In this document: piece after piece, positions 12,323 to 21,588 of the stretch
Layout of the letters: each line of letters opens with the position of its first letter
Position numbering within the stretch: the first letter of the stretch is position 1
Origin: Synechococcales cyanobacterium bin2.concoct.b11b12b14.033
GTDB lineage: Bacteria > Cyanobacteriota > Vampirovibrionia > Caenarcaniphilales > Caenarcanaceae
DNA length: 64,000 bases
Direction of reading: 5' to 3'
NCBI GenBank assembly: GCA_013298875.1
Contig: JAAFJH010000001.1
Span: 7,030-71,029 of the forward strand
Translations under genes and position numbers: made by a program
The notes under the pieces: model-generated
Databases searched by the model: none
The model's input: the letters and a program-made list of their open reading frames with translations, nothing else
Told to the model about the DNA's origin: nothing

Positions 12323-12916
12323 ATGCAACTTTTCAATGAGAAAATTCCTTTTAATTTGTATTTTTCTGCTTTTGCTTTGGCATTTTCTTTAGGAGCAGCT
12401 TATTTTGACCTTAAAAACCGTAAAATACCCAATTGGTATAATTTAACTGGCTTTGGAATTGCTCTTTTAGTCAGATTAGTTTTACTTTTTATTAGTTTTG
12501 AATATTTAAAAAGTGGCGGACTTGGGTTTTTAACCGGCTTTTTTGTTTTATTTCCGTTTTTTATTTTTCGTTTAGCGGGCGGTGGAGATATTAAATTATT
12601 GGCGGCTTTAGGAATGATTTTGGGTTTTAAAGGTTTTTTGTGGGTTTTTGTATTAACAGCTATTTGGGACGGTGCTATTTTATTCCCACTTAATTGGATT
12701 TGGACTTTTTATTTGTTTTTAAGGCTTCCCTTTCCACTCAAAGAAAAATTTAATAATATTGTCTCTCATTTTAAAAGCTTAAAGCGTTCTAGCAAAAAAC
12801 CCTATGCTCTGCCAGTCTTTTTGGCCTGTTTATCTTATATATTTTTGTACTTGTATGCCAATCAATTTATCATTCACTATTTGGGACATAGGTTTGACTT
12901 GAGAAATAATTTATAA
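12323..12916 (+). CDS. A24-family prepilin peptidase-like membrane protein (CpaA/TadV-like, short form)
   Basis: 197 aa; first catalytic Asp context YFDLKNRKIPNW and second catalytic motif AGGGDIKLLAALG match the type IV prepilin peptidase (A24) signatures. Confidence 0.55.
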   Translation: MQLFNEKIPFNLYFSAFALAFSLGAAYFDLKNRKIPNWYNLTGFGIALLVRLVLLFISFEYLKSGGLGFLTGFFVLFPFFIFRLAGGGDIKLLAALGMILGFKGFLWVFVLTAIWDGAILFPLNWIWTFYLFLRLPFPLKEKFNNIVSHFKSLKRSSKKPYALPVFLACLSYIFLYLYANQFIIHYLGHRFDLRNNL

Positions 12917-13005
12917 AATTGAATTTTGTATATAATAAAAAATCCCCGACTTTGTTTAGAAGCGAGGATTCATAATAAAAGCAGCCAAATAGCAAATGAA
13001 AAAAC

Positions 13006-13551
13006 TTAATTATAATATTGAGGAAAAGTCAATAAATTTTCAGTTGTGTTTATGCGATGGACAAAACTTTTTTGTTGCAATTTCCGTTTATTCTTTAAAC
13101 CTCTTTCCACTGAAGTAATACAAACCTCGACGGCACCTAACTTTTCAGCTATATAATCACATGCAATTTGTGGAAAAACATGTTCACCGCAAGTATAAAT
13201 ATCAATTGCAGCATATTCTTCTTCTGGCCAAGTATGAATGGAGCAATGTGACTCAGAAAGTAAAATAATTCCGCTGACACCAATTGGCGTAAATTGATGA
13301 AACCGAGAGCTAATAATTGTGGCACCAGCTTTAATAACTGCTTCTTCCAAAGTTTTCTTGACAAAGTCAACGGATGAAATTAATTCTGCCTGACAATCAC
13401 TTAAATCTGCCAGTATATGGCGACCAAAGGTCCCGAAACTTTCGGCCTGACTAGCCTCATGAGATTGTTCTAAAGTTAAATTAGGAACTACCTTTTGTCC
13501 TATTTGTCCTATATTTTTTTCTAACAGGTATCCATGGAATTTTTGTTGCAA
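13006..13551 (-). CDS. speH: S-adenosylmethionine decarboxylase proenzyme, small class 1b (SpeH-type, pyruvoyl-dependent)
   Basis: Core GRHILADLxxC...GVSGIILLSESHCSIHTWPEE...IDIYTCG matches SpeH including the ES|H self-cleavage site. The ORF has a 45-aa N-terminal extension with no alternative in-frame start codon. Confidence 0.75.
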   Translation of the reverse strand: MQQKFHGYLLEKNIGQIGQKVVPNLTLEQSHEASQAESFGTFGRHILADLSDCQAELISSVDFVKKTLEEAVIKAGATIISSRFHQFTPIGVSGIILLSESHCSIHTWPEEEYAAIDIYTCGEHVFPQIACDYIAEKLGAVEVCITSVERGLKNKRKLQQKSFVHRINTTENLLTFPQYYN

Positions 13552-13901
13552 TTTTTGTATTTGCCCTCGGTTTTAACAAAACAAGAATAGAGATTATGCA
13601 ATCTTTTATTTTAAATGTAAATAAATTTTATTAAATTTCATAAAGATTATATAATTTCTTGTTTTCCCGCTTCTTTAAAGGCTAAATTAACCCAAAATGT
13701 TTTCCTCGCCAAATTAGTCAAAACCCTAAGCCAAAGTATCTTTAATCGAATTTTAATTTTAATTATTTATTCTCAATTCAGTCAGAGATATTTATCAATC
13801 AAAATCAAGTCTCTTCTCTCTCATCAATTAGCTCTTCTCTTTTTTCTGTCTCCGATTAATTTGTTTTTGTGTTGATGATGATTGATAAATCTGACTAAAA
13901 C

Positions 13902-14645
13902 TTAAACAATTGAATTTTTCAGCCATTTTGTCAGCGGCATTTTATTTGCTATTTCAATCAATGCAGTTTCCTGAAAATAGTTGTTTTCTGAACTAGGCTC
14001 CTGATAAGGAATTTCTCCTAAGAATTTAATTTTTCCATATTCTTCAATGAATTTAGCATTTGTCTGTTTAACTTCATTATCAACGGCACTTAAAGACTGA
14101 GAATAACAGAATAGAAAACCAATTAAATTTAAACCCAAACTTTGAGCATAAAAAGCACTTAAACAAGTTTGATTAATAGTCCCCAGTTTGTTTGCACTAA
14201 TTAATAAAGTAAATATTTCATGATTAAGTGAATTCTTTTGTAAAAATAAAATTAAATCTGCCAAAGTTTTTCCGCCACCTAATGGCACAATTAAGCCGCC
14301 CGCTCCCTCGACAATTAAAAAGTCTGGGTTTTGATTTATTAATTTTGCATAATCATTTTTAATTAAATTAAAATCAATAATAATATTTTCTTGTTTAGCG
14401 GCTAATTCTGGGGTCGCTGCTAGCTTTAAATAATAAGAACAATGTGTTTGTGTATTTGAGCAGTTTTTCTGAATGAAGTCAATGTCTGGAGCAATGAGGT
14501 GGCTTCCAAAATCTTCACAACCGCTTTGCACAGGTTTATAGAAAATTACTTTTTGTTTTAGGCTAATTAAATAATTAATTAAAAAAGCCGAGCTAAAAGT
14601 TTTGCCAATATCGGTGTCAGTGCCAGCTATAAAAATTATTTTCAT
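13902..14645 (-). CDS. bioD: ATP-dependent dethiobiotin synthetase
   Basis: 247 aa; N-terminal P-loop IFIAGTDTDIGKT (BioD GTDTxVGKT signature) and EGAGG motif. Confidence 0.85.
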   Translation of the reverse strand: MKIIFIAGTDTDIGKTFSSAFLINYLISLKQKVIFYKPVQSGCEDFGSHLIAPDIDFIQKNCSNTQTHCSYYLKLAATPELAAKQENIIIDFNLIKNDYAKLINQNPDFLIVEGAGGLIVPLGGGKTLADLILFLQKNSLNHEIFTLLISANKLGTINQTCLSAFYAQSLGLNLIGFLFCYSQSLSAVDNEVKQTNAKFIEEYGKIKFLGEIPYQEPSSENNYFQETALIEIANKMPLTKWLKNSIV

Positions 14646-14657
14646 TTAAATCCTTTT

Positions 14658-15158
14658 TTAAATTTGTATTTTAGCGGGACCCAATTTAGTAATTTGAATT
14701 TCTGGCTTAGAAAGGTTTTTATCGGAATTCAGGTAAATTAAAAAGATTTTGCTTTGACCTTTTAAAGAAGTTATTAAGTCATTTTCAAGCAAATTTAAAG
14801 TTAATAAATACTCACCAGTGCTAGGAATAAAGGTTTTACTTTTAATACTTGCATTTTTGTTTAAAACTGCCTCTTCTGAAATATAAGTTTGCATGATTTG
14901 CCGAGATGATAATTTAGAGCCATTGATTTTGATTTTGTATAAACCTTCTTCATCAATGAAATATTCTTTTTGCTGCCAATTTGAACTTTTAAAAGCAATT
15001 TTTTGAGGTTTTAATTCTTGTTTTTTTGTGTGTAAATCCGCAGAGTAGATCAATAAAACAAATGATAATAAATAAAAACTTAAAATTCTATTTTGCTTGG
15101 CTTTTTGTAAAATTACTTTTAGTAAAACTATTAACCTAAATTTCATCATTAAAAACAA
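14658..15158 (-). CDS. Hypothetical membrane-anchored protein
   Basis: 166 aa; N-terminal hydrophobic helix, no recognisable motif; immediately upstream of bioD on the same strand. Confidence 0.3.
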   Translation of the reverse strand: MFLMMKFRLIVLLKVILQKAKQNRILSFYLLSFVLLIYSADLHTKKQELKPQKIAFKSSNWQQKEYFIDEEGLYKIKINGSKLSSRQIMQTYISEEAVLNKNASIKSKTFIPSTGEYLLTLNLLENDLITSLKGQSKIFLIYLNSDKNLSKPEIQITKLGPAKIQI

Positions 15159-15196
15159 GACTAATTAGATTGATTTATTGTTCCCCCCTTAAATAA

Positions 15197-16138
15197 TTGA
15201 ATATGCTTTGTAAACCATTTAGTTTTGGAATGATAGAATCAAATCTAGAAATTTCTCGTCATTATGAAATTAGTAGCAAAGACAAAAATTCACCTATTAT
15301 GAAAAATAAATTTTCTCATCATTATTTTTACCTATTATTTTGTTGTTTATTTACAATATCTCAAGTCACGACTGCTCAGCCTTCTAATCAGGCTCAAAAG
15401 CCAATTTTAACTTTAAACCAAAAGCAGGAATTAAAAGCCAAAGAAGCTAAATTAAAATCTTTATTGAGCCAAAACCCACGAGTGCCAGAATTACACTTAA
15501 ATTTAGGAAATAATTATTGGGAACAAGGCCGTGATGGTAAGCCGATCAGACATTATTTGGCTGCCATTAAATTAAACCCAAACTATGCAGAAGCCTATTA
15601 TAACTTGGCTAATATTTACTTTGAGCAAGGAGAGCATGAATCTGCCATTCAAAATTACGAAAAAGCTATTCAGGTTAAACCTTCATTATTACAAGCTTGG
15701 AATGGATTAGCTAATGCTTTAATTGATGAAAAAAAATATTCAGAAGCGATTGAAAAATATCAAAAAGTGATTTCGATGGACTCCAGCAATAAAGATGCTG
15801 TTTATAATTTATGCTCAGTTTACATTTATTCAGCTCTTTATAATAAAGCAATTTCTGCGTGTAAAAATGCTACCGAAATAGTTAGAGATGCTCGCTCTTT
15901 CAATAATTTGGGCAATTCTTATTTTAGAACTAATCAATTTGATTTAGCTTTAGAAAATTATAAAAAAGCCCTTACGATTGATTCTGAACTGCCAGAAGCA
16001 CATTTCAATATAGCAGCTATTAGCTTGGTTCATAATAAAAATAAAACTGAAGCTTTAAGTAGACAAAAAATATTAGAAGCAATTGATCCACAAAAAAGTC
16101 ATAAGTTATTGGCCTTAATTAAGGCTTCCGGCATATAA
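15197..16138 (+). CDS. TPR-repeat protein (secreted/periplasmic?)
   Basis: Multiple 34-residue TPR-like units (AxxYxNLGNxY..., AIxxYxKAI...). A more plausible start is the ATG at 15299 (MKNKFSHHYFYLLFCC... signal-like). Confidence 0.65.
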   Translation: MNMLCKPFSFGMIESNLEISRHYEISSKDKNSPIMKNKFSHHYFYLLFCCLFTISQVTTAQPSNQAQKPILTLNQKQELKAKEAKLKSLLSQNPRVPELHLNLGNNYWEQGRDGKPIRHYLAAIKLNPNYAEAYYNLANIYFEQGEHESAIQNYEKAIQVKPSLLQAWNGLANALIDEKKYSEAIEKYQKVISMDSSNKDAVYNLCSVYIYSALYNKAISACKNATEIVRDARSFNNLGNSYFRTNQFDLALENYKKALTIDSELPEAHFNIAAISLVHNKNKTEALSRQKILEAIDPQKSHKLLALIKASGI

Positions 16139-16167
16139 TTTATTTTTTTAATTTCTACTTTTATCTC

Positions 16168-16656
16168 ATGAAAAACTTTGTATTTATTACTTTATTTGTT
16201 AGTTTAATTACTTTATTCCAGAATCCAGCTCACAGCGATAGTTTATTAAGTCAGTTCAAATGCCTAAGCCCTGAACAAGCCCAAACCGCCCAGCAAATTT
16301 TAAAGGAAAAAGGGTTTATTATTGATTTCTGCTCAGATTGCGAGCCCGCCAAAGCAGTTGTTAGACGCATTAATATTGTCGAAACTAAAATTGAACAAAC
16401 AGCTTGTGGCTCTGAAATAAAAATCAAAGGCAAAATTGTGCGTGGGATTAAGCCACCCGTCTTTGAAGGTAAATGTAGCGAAGAATTAAGTATTTATAAT
16501 CCTAGTTTTACTTTAGATTTGAATTATGAAAAGAGCCTTAATATTGCTTATAGTTATGTGCTGGCTGAGGATAAAAAGTCTTTCATTACAATTGCTGAAT
16601 TAATGGGCTTGGAAACTAATAATATTTGTATTCGAAAAATTCAATTGAAAAAATAA
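16168..16656 (+). CDS. Hypothetical secreted protein
   Basis: 162 aa; signal peptide (MKNFVFITLFVSLITLF...AHS), several Cys; no recognisable domain. Confidence 0.4.
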   Translation: MKNFVFITLFVSLITLFQNPAHSDSLLSQFKCLSPEQAQTAQQILKEKGFIIDFCSDCEPAKAVVRRINIVETKIEQTACGSEIKIKGKIVRGIKPPVFEGKCSEELSIYNPSFTLDLNYEKSLNIAYSYVLAEDKKSFITIAELMGLETNNICIRKIQLKK

Positions 16657-16726
16657 TATAACTTGTATGTCTAAATTTGTGGGCAAAGTTTAAGAAAAAA
16701 AATTAAAATAAAATAATTATTCATTA

Positions 16727-17596
16727 ATGTCCAAAAATTTTATGCAGATAAACCACTTTATATTTATTTGTGTAAGATTTTCAGCTTTATTTTTTTTATT
16801 TATAAATATAACTAGCTGCAATTCTTCGTTGCATCAACAGAAAATCACAATTGCTGGCTCGACAACTATTTTACCAATATCGGAAGACTGGGCAGGTTTA
16901 TTTCAGAAAAAGACAGGAGTTATTGTGAATGTGCAGGGCGGCGGCTCTACAAACGGTATTAATTTAATAAAAGCTGGCAAAGTAGATATTGGTGCTTCAT
17001 CTCGCAACTTATCCGAGGAAGAAGAAATTGATTTGCGCAAAATTGAAATTGGAAAAGACGCTTTAGCAATAGTGGTTCATCCCAGCAATTCAATCGCGGC
17101 AATTAATACGGACCAATTAAAAAAAATATTTTCAGGCAAAATTAAAAATTGGAAAGAATTAGGCGGATCTAATAGGCCAATTCAGGTTTTAAATCGTGAG
17201 TCTGGCTCGGGAACAAGATCCACTTTTGAAGAATTGATTATGTGCTTTTCTAAAGATAAAAACCATCCGAAATGTGAAAAAATGGAATTATCTTCAATTG
17301 TTTTAAATTCTAATGCGGAAGTTAAACGCTCAGTGATGGCTATTCCCGATTCAATTGGTTATATTTCATTTGGCTTTTTAGATAATAATGTTAAAGCTTT
17401 AGTTTTGAATGGAATTAGCCCATTAGAAGATGAAGTTAGAGCGGGGAAATATCCAATTTCTCGTGGGCTTTATTATTTATTGCCAGCTCACAAACAAAGC
17501 CCTGAAACAGTTAATGAGTTTTTAGCTTTTATTAAAACTCCCGAAGGATTGAAAGTATTAGCTAATGAAGGTTTTTTAGCGGTTAAAGAAAAGTAA
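16727..17596 (+). CDS. pstS: Phosphate ABC transporter substrate-binding protein PstS family
   Basis: 289 aa; signal/lipoprotein-like N-terminus (…ITSCNSS), then ITIAGSTTILP...GGGSTNGI...VDIGASSR blocks typical of PstS/PBP superfamily. Confidence 0.8.
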   Translation: MSKNFMQINHFIFICVRFSALFFLFINITSCNSSLHQQKITIAGSTTILPISEDWAGLFQKKTGVIVNVQGGGSTNGINLIKAGKVDIGASSRNLSEEEEIDLRKIEIGKDALAIVVHPSNSIAAINTDQLKKIFSGKIKNWKELGGSNRPIQVLNRESGSGTRSTFEELIMCFSKDKNHPKCEKMELSSIVLNSNAEVKRSVMAIPDSIGYISFGFLDNNVKALVLNGISPLEDEVRAGKYPISRGLYYLLPAHKQSPETVNEFLAFIKTPEGLKVLANEGFLAVKEK

Positions 17597-17598
17597 AA

Positions 17599-17671
17599 AG
17601 CCGACAATGGGATTCGAACCCACGGCCTACGCTTTACGAGAGCGTCGCTCTACCAACTGAGCTATGTCGGC
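17599..17671 (-). tRNA. tRNA-Thr (anticodon CGU)
   Basis: Reverse complement GCCGACA-UA-GCUCAGUUGGUAGAGC-G-ACGCU-CUCGUAA-AGCGU-AGGCC-GUGGG-UUCGAAU-CCCAU-UGUCGGC-U folds as a cloverleaf with a 7/4/5/5 stem pattern, T-loop GTTCGAATC and anticodon CGU; CCA is not encoded. Confidence 0.9.
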
Positions 17672-17723
17672 AAAATGCAGAAATATATTATAAGCTATAA
17701 AGAAAAATAGAGTTTAATTTATA

Positions 17724-18371
17724 ATGACCGAAAAAACTGAAAACAAATATAGTTATTATTCTTTCTTTTACCGACTGGCACAGTATTTGATTATTTATGG
17801 CATTTTCTGGCCTTATTATTTTTTCCGCTACAAATTAAAAATTGTCGGTCTAGAGAATCTTCCGAAGGATAATCTGCCTTTTTTATTCATTTCTAATCAT
17901 TATTCTTACAATGATCCAGCTCTTTTATCTTTGGCTTTGAGAAGGCCAATTGCTTATATTGCTAAAAAAGAATTATTTGAAGAAAAATATTTAGGCCCGA
18001 TTATAAGTGCTTTAGGTACTATTTCAATTGACCGAAAAAAAACCGGCTTAAGTACTATCAAAAATATCAAACAAGCCCTCAAAGACAATTGGGTAGTCGG
18101 AATTTTTATTGAAGGAACCCGCAATTTATCCAGGACTGAAATGACAAATCTTGAAGAAGGCACGGCATTTATTGCCCGAATTGCTGGAGGAATAAGAGTT
18201 TTACCGATGGCTTTGCGTGGAGGCGAAAAAAACTTTGACAAACTAGAAATTCACATTGGGGAAATTATTGAATTCAATTCAGCTTTGTCAAGCGAGGAAA
18301 TGACTTTAATTTATGGTCAAAAAGTTGCTGAATTAGCTGGCTTAGAACTAAAAATTAAACCTAAAAATTAA
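17724..18371 (+). CDS. plsC: 1-acyl-sn-glycerol-3-phosphate acyltransferase
   Basis: 215 aa; acyltransferase motif I NHYSYNDP (NHxxxxD), motif III FIEGTRN, PM motif. Confidence 0.8.
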   Translation: MTEKTENKYSYYSFFYRLAQYLIIYGIFWPYYFFRYKLKIVGLENLPKDNLPFLFISNHYSYNDPALLSLALRRPIAYIAKKELFEEKYLGPIISALGTISIDRKKTGLSTIKNIKQALKDNWVVGIFIEGTRNLSRTEMTNLEEGTAFIARIAGGIRVLPMALRGGEKNFDKLEIHIGEIIEFNSALSSEEMTLIYGQKVAELAGLELKIKPKN

Positions 18372-18473
18372 TAACTTTCCAGAACTAACTAATTGTATTT
18401 GGTGCTTTTTGTTTAATAAGTGTTAAATTATTTAAATGCTTAGAGCTTTAATCATTAGAAATATAATTAATTT

Positions 18474-18998
18474 ATGAATTCTTCCCTTGAAAATAAAAGA
18501 GCTGAATTTTATTCTTTGGAAGGTTGTTCCAGTCGGTCTCATTGTCAAGAGAATTTTCATGAAGCTTCTTCCCATTTGACTTTAAACTTAATTTATACTT
18601 ATCAAACTTTCACTAAGCTCATCGAGAAAAAGCTAGCTGAATTTGGACTTTCTTTAGCTTCTCTGAATGCTTTAATTATTTTGCGGGAATATCCAAATTG
18701 CACTATGAGTTTTTTGAAAGATATGCTTTTGGTGAGCGGGCCGAGCATTACTTCTTTAATTGATAATTTAGAAAAGAAAAAATTAGTCAAAAGGTCTTAC
18801 CCGGAAAAGGACAGACGCTCCAAAACTTTAATATTGACCGAAGGCAGCCATCAGCTTTTAAAGACTTTTTTGCCTCATTATCATAAATATCTACAAGAGC
18901 TGAGTTCCGGTATGCAAGATTCAGAGCTCTATAGCCTTAGTCAATTATTAAGTAATTTAAGGCAAAGTATTTCAGGCGAACCGGGAAAATTAAAATGA
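18474..18998 (+). CDS. MarR-family transcriptional regulator
   Basis: 174 aa; winged-helix region (LSLASLNALIILREYPNCTMSFLKDMLLVSGPSITSLIDNLEKKKLVKR); first gene of the efflux operon, stop overlaps the next start (ATGA). Confidence 0.7.
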   Translation: MNSSLENKRAEFYSLEGCSSRSHCQENFHEASSHLTLNLIYTYQTFTKLIEKKLAEFGLSLASLNALIILREYPNCTMSFLKDMLLVSGPSITSLIDNLEKKKLVKRSYPEKDRRSKTLILTEGSHQLLKTFLPHYHKYLQELSSGMQDSELYSLSQLLSNLRQSISGEPGKLK

Positions 18999-20407
18999 AA
19001 AAACTCTATTCAATTTTGTTTTATTTTTCTTTTTTAGCTTTAGCTTCCGCTTCCAAAGATGAAAAGCCAGCCGTTTTAAAAGGAAATATTAATTGGTCGG
19101 GTATTCAAGATAAAGAATATGAAAATAATTTAGCAAAAGAAACAACTTTATTTTTAGATTTAGAAACAACTTTACAAATGGCTTTAGACAAAAACTTAAC
19201 CATTCAAGTTCAGCAATATCAAGTCAAACAAGCTAAAGATCAGGTTTTGGGAACCGGAGCGGAATTTTTGCCAAGTGTTTCTTTTTCACAGACCTTTCTG
19301 CGTAGAGATGGAAATATTCAGCTTTTTGGTAATCAAGTTGTGCCAGTTAATGTTAGATCTATTCAGCCGCAAATTTTGCCGAGCTTTCGTTTATTTCAAG
19401 GCGGTCGAGTTTTATTTGGTTTTATAGCGGCTCGTAAAAACCTGAAATCCGAAAAACAACAATTTGAATCAGTCTCTCAGTCAACTTTACAAGATACAGC
19501 TAATACTTATTTTTCTTTGCAACGCTTTAAAGCTGAACTGGAAAGTGAATTAACTAGGTTAGCTCAAGCTGAACTGAATTTAAAAGAAAGGAAAATCGCC
19601 AAAGAGCTAGGAGCAGACATTGCTTTAAGTATTTTATTTGCCCGGCAAGAAGTAGAACAAGCTAAAGCTCGAATTGAAGAATTAAAGGGTAATTTGTACA
19701 CTGAATCAGCTAAATTGAATAAATTTTTAAATTTAAATGCAAATATTTTGGTTTTGCCGACGACAGGCATTCAGGAGCAAGATTTAATTAGTATTTTGGG
19801 TGAAAAACCAGTTAAAAAGTTAATTGCAAAAGCATTATTAAATAGTCCTGATATTGCTTCCTTGAAAGAATTAAGTGAATATTATAGATTTAAAAAAATA
19901 CAAAATATATCCGCTTTTTTACCAACGGTCGAAATCAGAAATATTTCTAGCTGGATTGGCTCTGAATTTAATAATTTGTCTCCCGATCGGCAATATATTT
20001 TAGCTATTCAATATGATTTTTTTCAAAACCTAGGCGGAAAAGCCATTACTAATTTATTGCTTGCCAAACATGTCCAACAAGAGAATGAAACCAGACTTAA
20101 AGAGCAAATCAAAGAATTAGAAAGTAAGGTTTCAGAGGCTTATTTGAAAGTAATGTCAGGTAAAAAAATCTTTTTGGCTAATAAAACCTCACTGCAAGTT
20201 TCCCAAGAAGCTTATAATCAATCAGTTGCTAGGCTCAAAGGAGAAGTTGGAACTTCCTATGAAGTAAAAATTGCCCAAACAGAACTTGAAAGAGCCAGAG
20301 CCAATTATTACGCAGCTTTAATTAATTATCAAATAGCCCAAATTAGCTTACTGAGAACTTTAGGCTTAGTTAATATTATTAATTTGACCCAAGGAGTAAA
20401 TTTATGA
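18995..20407 (+). CDS. Outer-membrane efflux protein (TolC/OEP family)
   Basis: 470 aa; signal peptide, two OEP-like repeats with coiled-coil heptads; operon position upstream of the MFP and RND genes. Confidence 0.8.
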   Translation: MKKLYSILFYFSFLALASASKDEKPAVLKGNINWSGIQDKEYENNLAKETTLFLDLETTLQMALDKNLTIQVQQYQVKQAKDQVLGTGAEFLPSVSFSQTFLRRDGNIQLFGNQVVPVNVRSIQPQILPSFRLFQGGRVLFGFIAARKNLKSEKQQFESVSQSTLQDTANTYFSLQRFKAELESELTRLAQAELNLKERKIAKELGADIALSILFARQEVEQAKARIEELKGNLYTESAKLNKFLNLNANILVLPTTGIQEQDLISILGEKPVKKLIAKALLNSPDIASLKELSEYYRFKKIQNISAFLPTVEIRNISSWIGSEFNNLSPDRQYILAIQYDFFQNLGGKAITNLLLAKHVQQENETRLKEQIKELESKVSEAYLKVMSGKKIFLANKTSLQVSQEAYNQSVARLKGEVGTSYEVKIAQTELERARANYYAALINYQIAQISLLRTLGLVNIINLTQGVNL

Positions 20408-21588
20408 ATTTGAGAATATTTCAACTTATTAATTTGTTTTTTATTATTTTATTTTTTAGTGCTTGTGCCAAAAAACCAACTGCTCCACCCAAAGCACCAC
20501 CGCCTGTCGTCAAAACTATTCAGGTAAAAGAAAGCCAATTTTATGATTCCGAAAAATATTTGGCTACGCTTAAGTCTCGACAATCAGTCAATTTAAACCC
20601 AGAAATTATCAGTAAAGTCGAGAATATTTATTTTAAATCTGGCGACCGAGTTAGTAAAGGCCAATTATTAATTTCACTCAGGGCGGACGAAGAAATATCA
20701 TCTTTGAATTCACAAATTGCTTTATCAAGTAGCAAAAATGAAGCAATTTCTTCCAAAGGAGCTGAAGTACAAGAAGCAAAAGCCAATTTAGACTTTGCCA
20801 AAGGCCGCTATGAAAGATATAAACAATTACAGCAAAAAGACTTAATTAGTAAGAACCAATTAGAAGAATATGAAAATCAATTAGCGAAAGCTCAAAATAC
20901 TTATAATTCGCTTAAATTTAATCTTGCCGGAGCCAATGATGAGTTAAAACAAGCCAAATCTACCATTAATGAAAGACGAGCCAAAGTGAATAAATTACGC
21001 ATTGTGGCTCCTTTTAGCGGTATTGTACAAGATATTCCAGCTAAAGTTGGTGATTCAGTTTCTAATTCAACCACTTTAATTTCAATTGCTAATGCGGATA
21101 ATTTAGAAGTTTATTTGAATATTCCAGTCGATAAAGCTATTGGTGTAAAAAGCGGCTCTCTGATTGAATTATTGAGCCCCGACGATGAAATTTTAGCCAC
21201 TAGCCAGGTTTCATTTACTTCCTCAACGGTTGATCCGCAAACCCAAACCGTTTTAGTTAAAGCAAGTTTGAATAATAATGAAGGCTTATTCCGTGATAAT
21301 CAACAAATAAAATGCAGAGTTAAATACAAACAAAAAACTGGCATTTTAATTCCAGCTACGGTTATTTCGCGGTTTGGTGATACTACTTTTATCTTTTTAT
21401 TAGCCAAGGACGATAAAGGCCAAGCAATTGCCAAGCAAAAACCAGTTCAATTAAAAAAATTAGTTGATAATAAATCTTATGAAGTGGCTGAGGGGTTAGC
21501 TCCTGGCGATATTATAATCAGTACCGGCATTCAAAAATTAGCTGATAATTCCCCAGTTAAGCTTGCTGAGGAGGAAGTTGAAAAATGA
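20404..21588 (+). CDS. RND efflux periplasmic adaptor (membrane fusion protein, AcrA/HlyD family)
   Basis: 394 aa; lipoprotein-like N-terminus (FFSACAK), biotinyl/lipoyl-like hairpin, coiled-coil, beta-barrel domain; overlaps neighbours by 4 nt at both ends. Confidence 0.85.
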   Translation: MNLRIFQLINLFFIILFFSACAKKPTAPPKAPPPVVKTIQVKESQFYDSEKYLATLKSRQSVNLNPEIISKVENIYFKSGDRVSKGQLLISLRADEEISSLNSQIALSSSKNEAISSKGAEVQEAKANLDFAKGRYERYKQLQQKDLISKNQLEEYENQLAKAQNTYNSLKFNLAGANDELKQAKSTINERRAKVNKLRIVAPFSGIVQDIPAKVGDSVSNSTTLISIANADNLEVYLNIPVDKAIGVKSGSLIELLSPDDEILATSQVSFTSSTVDPQTQTVLVKASLNNNEGLFRDNQQIKCRVKYKQKTGILIPATVISRFGDTTFIFLLAKDDKGQAIAKQKPVQLKKLVDNKSYEVAEGLAPGDIIISTGIQKLADNSPVKLAEEEVEK

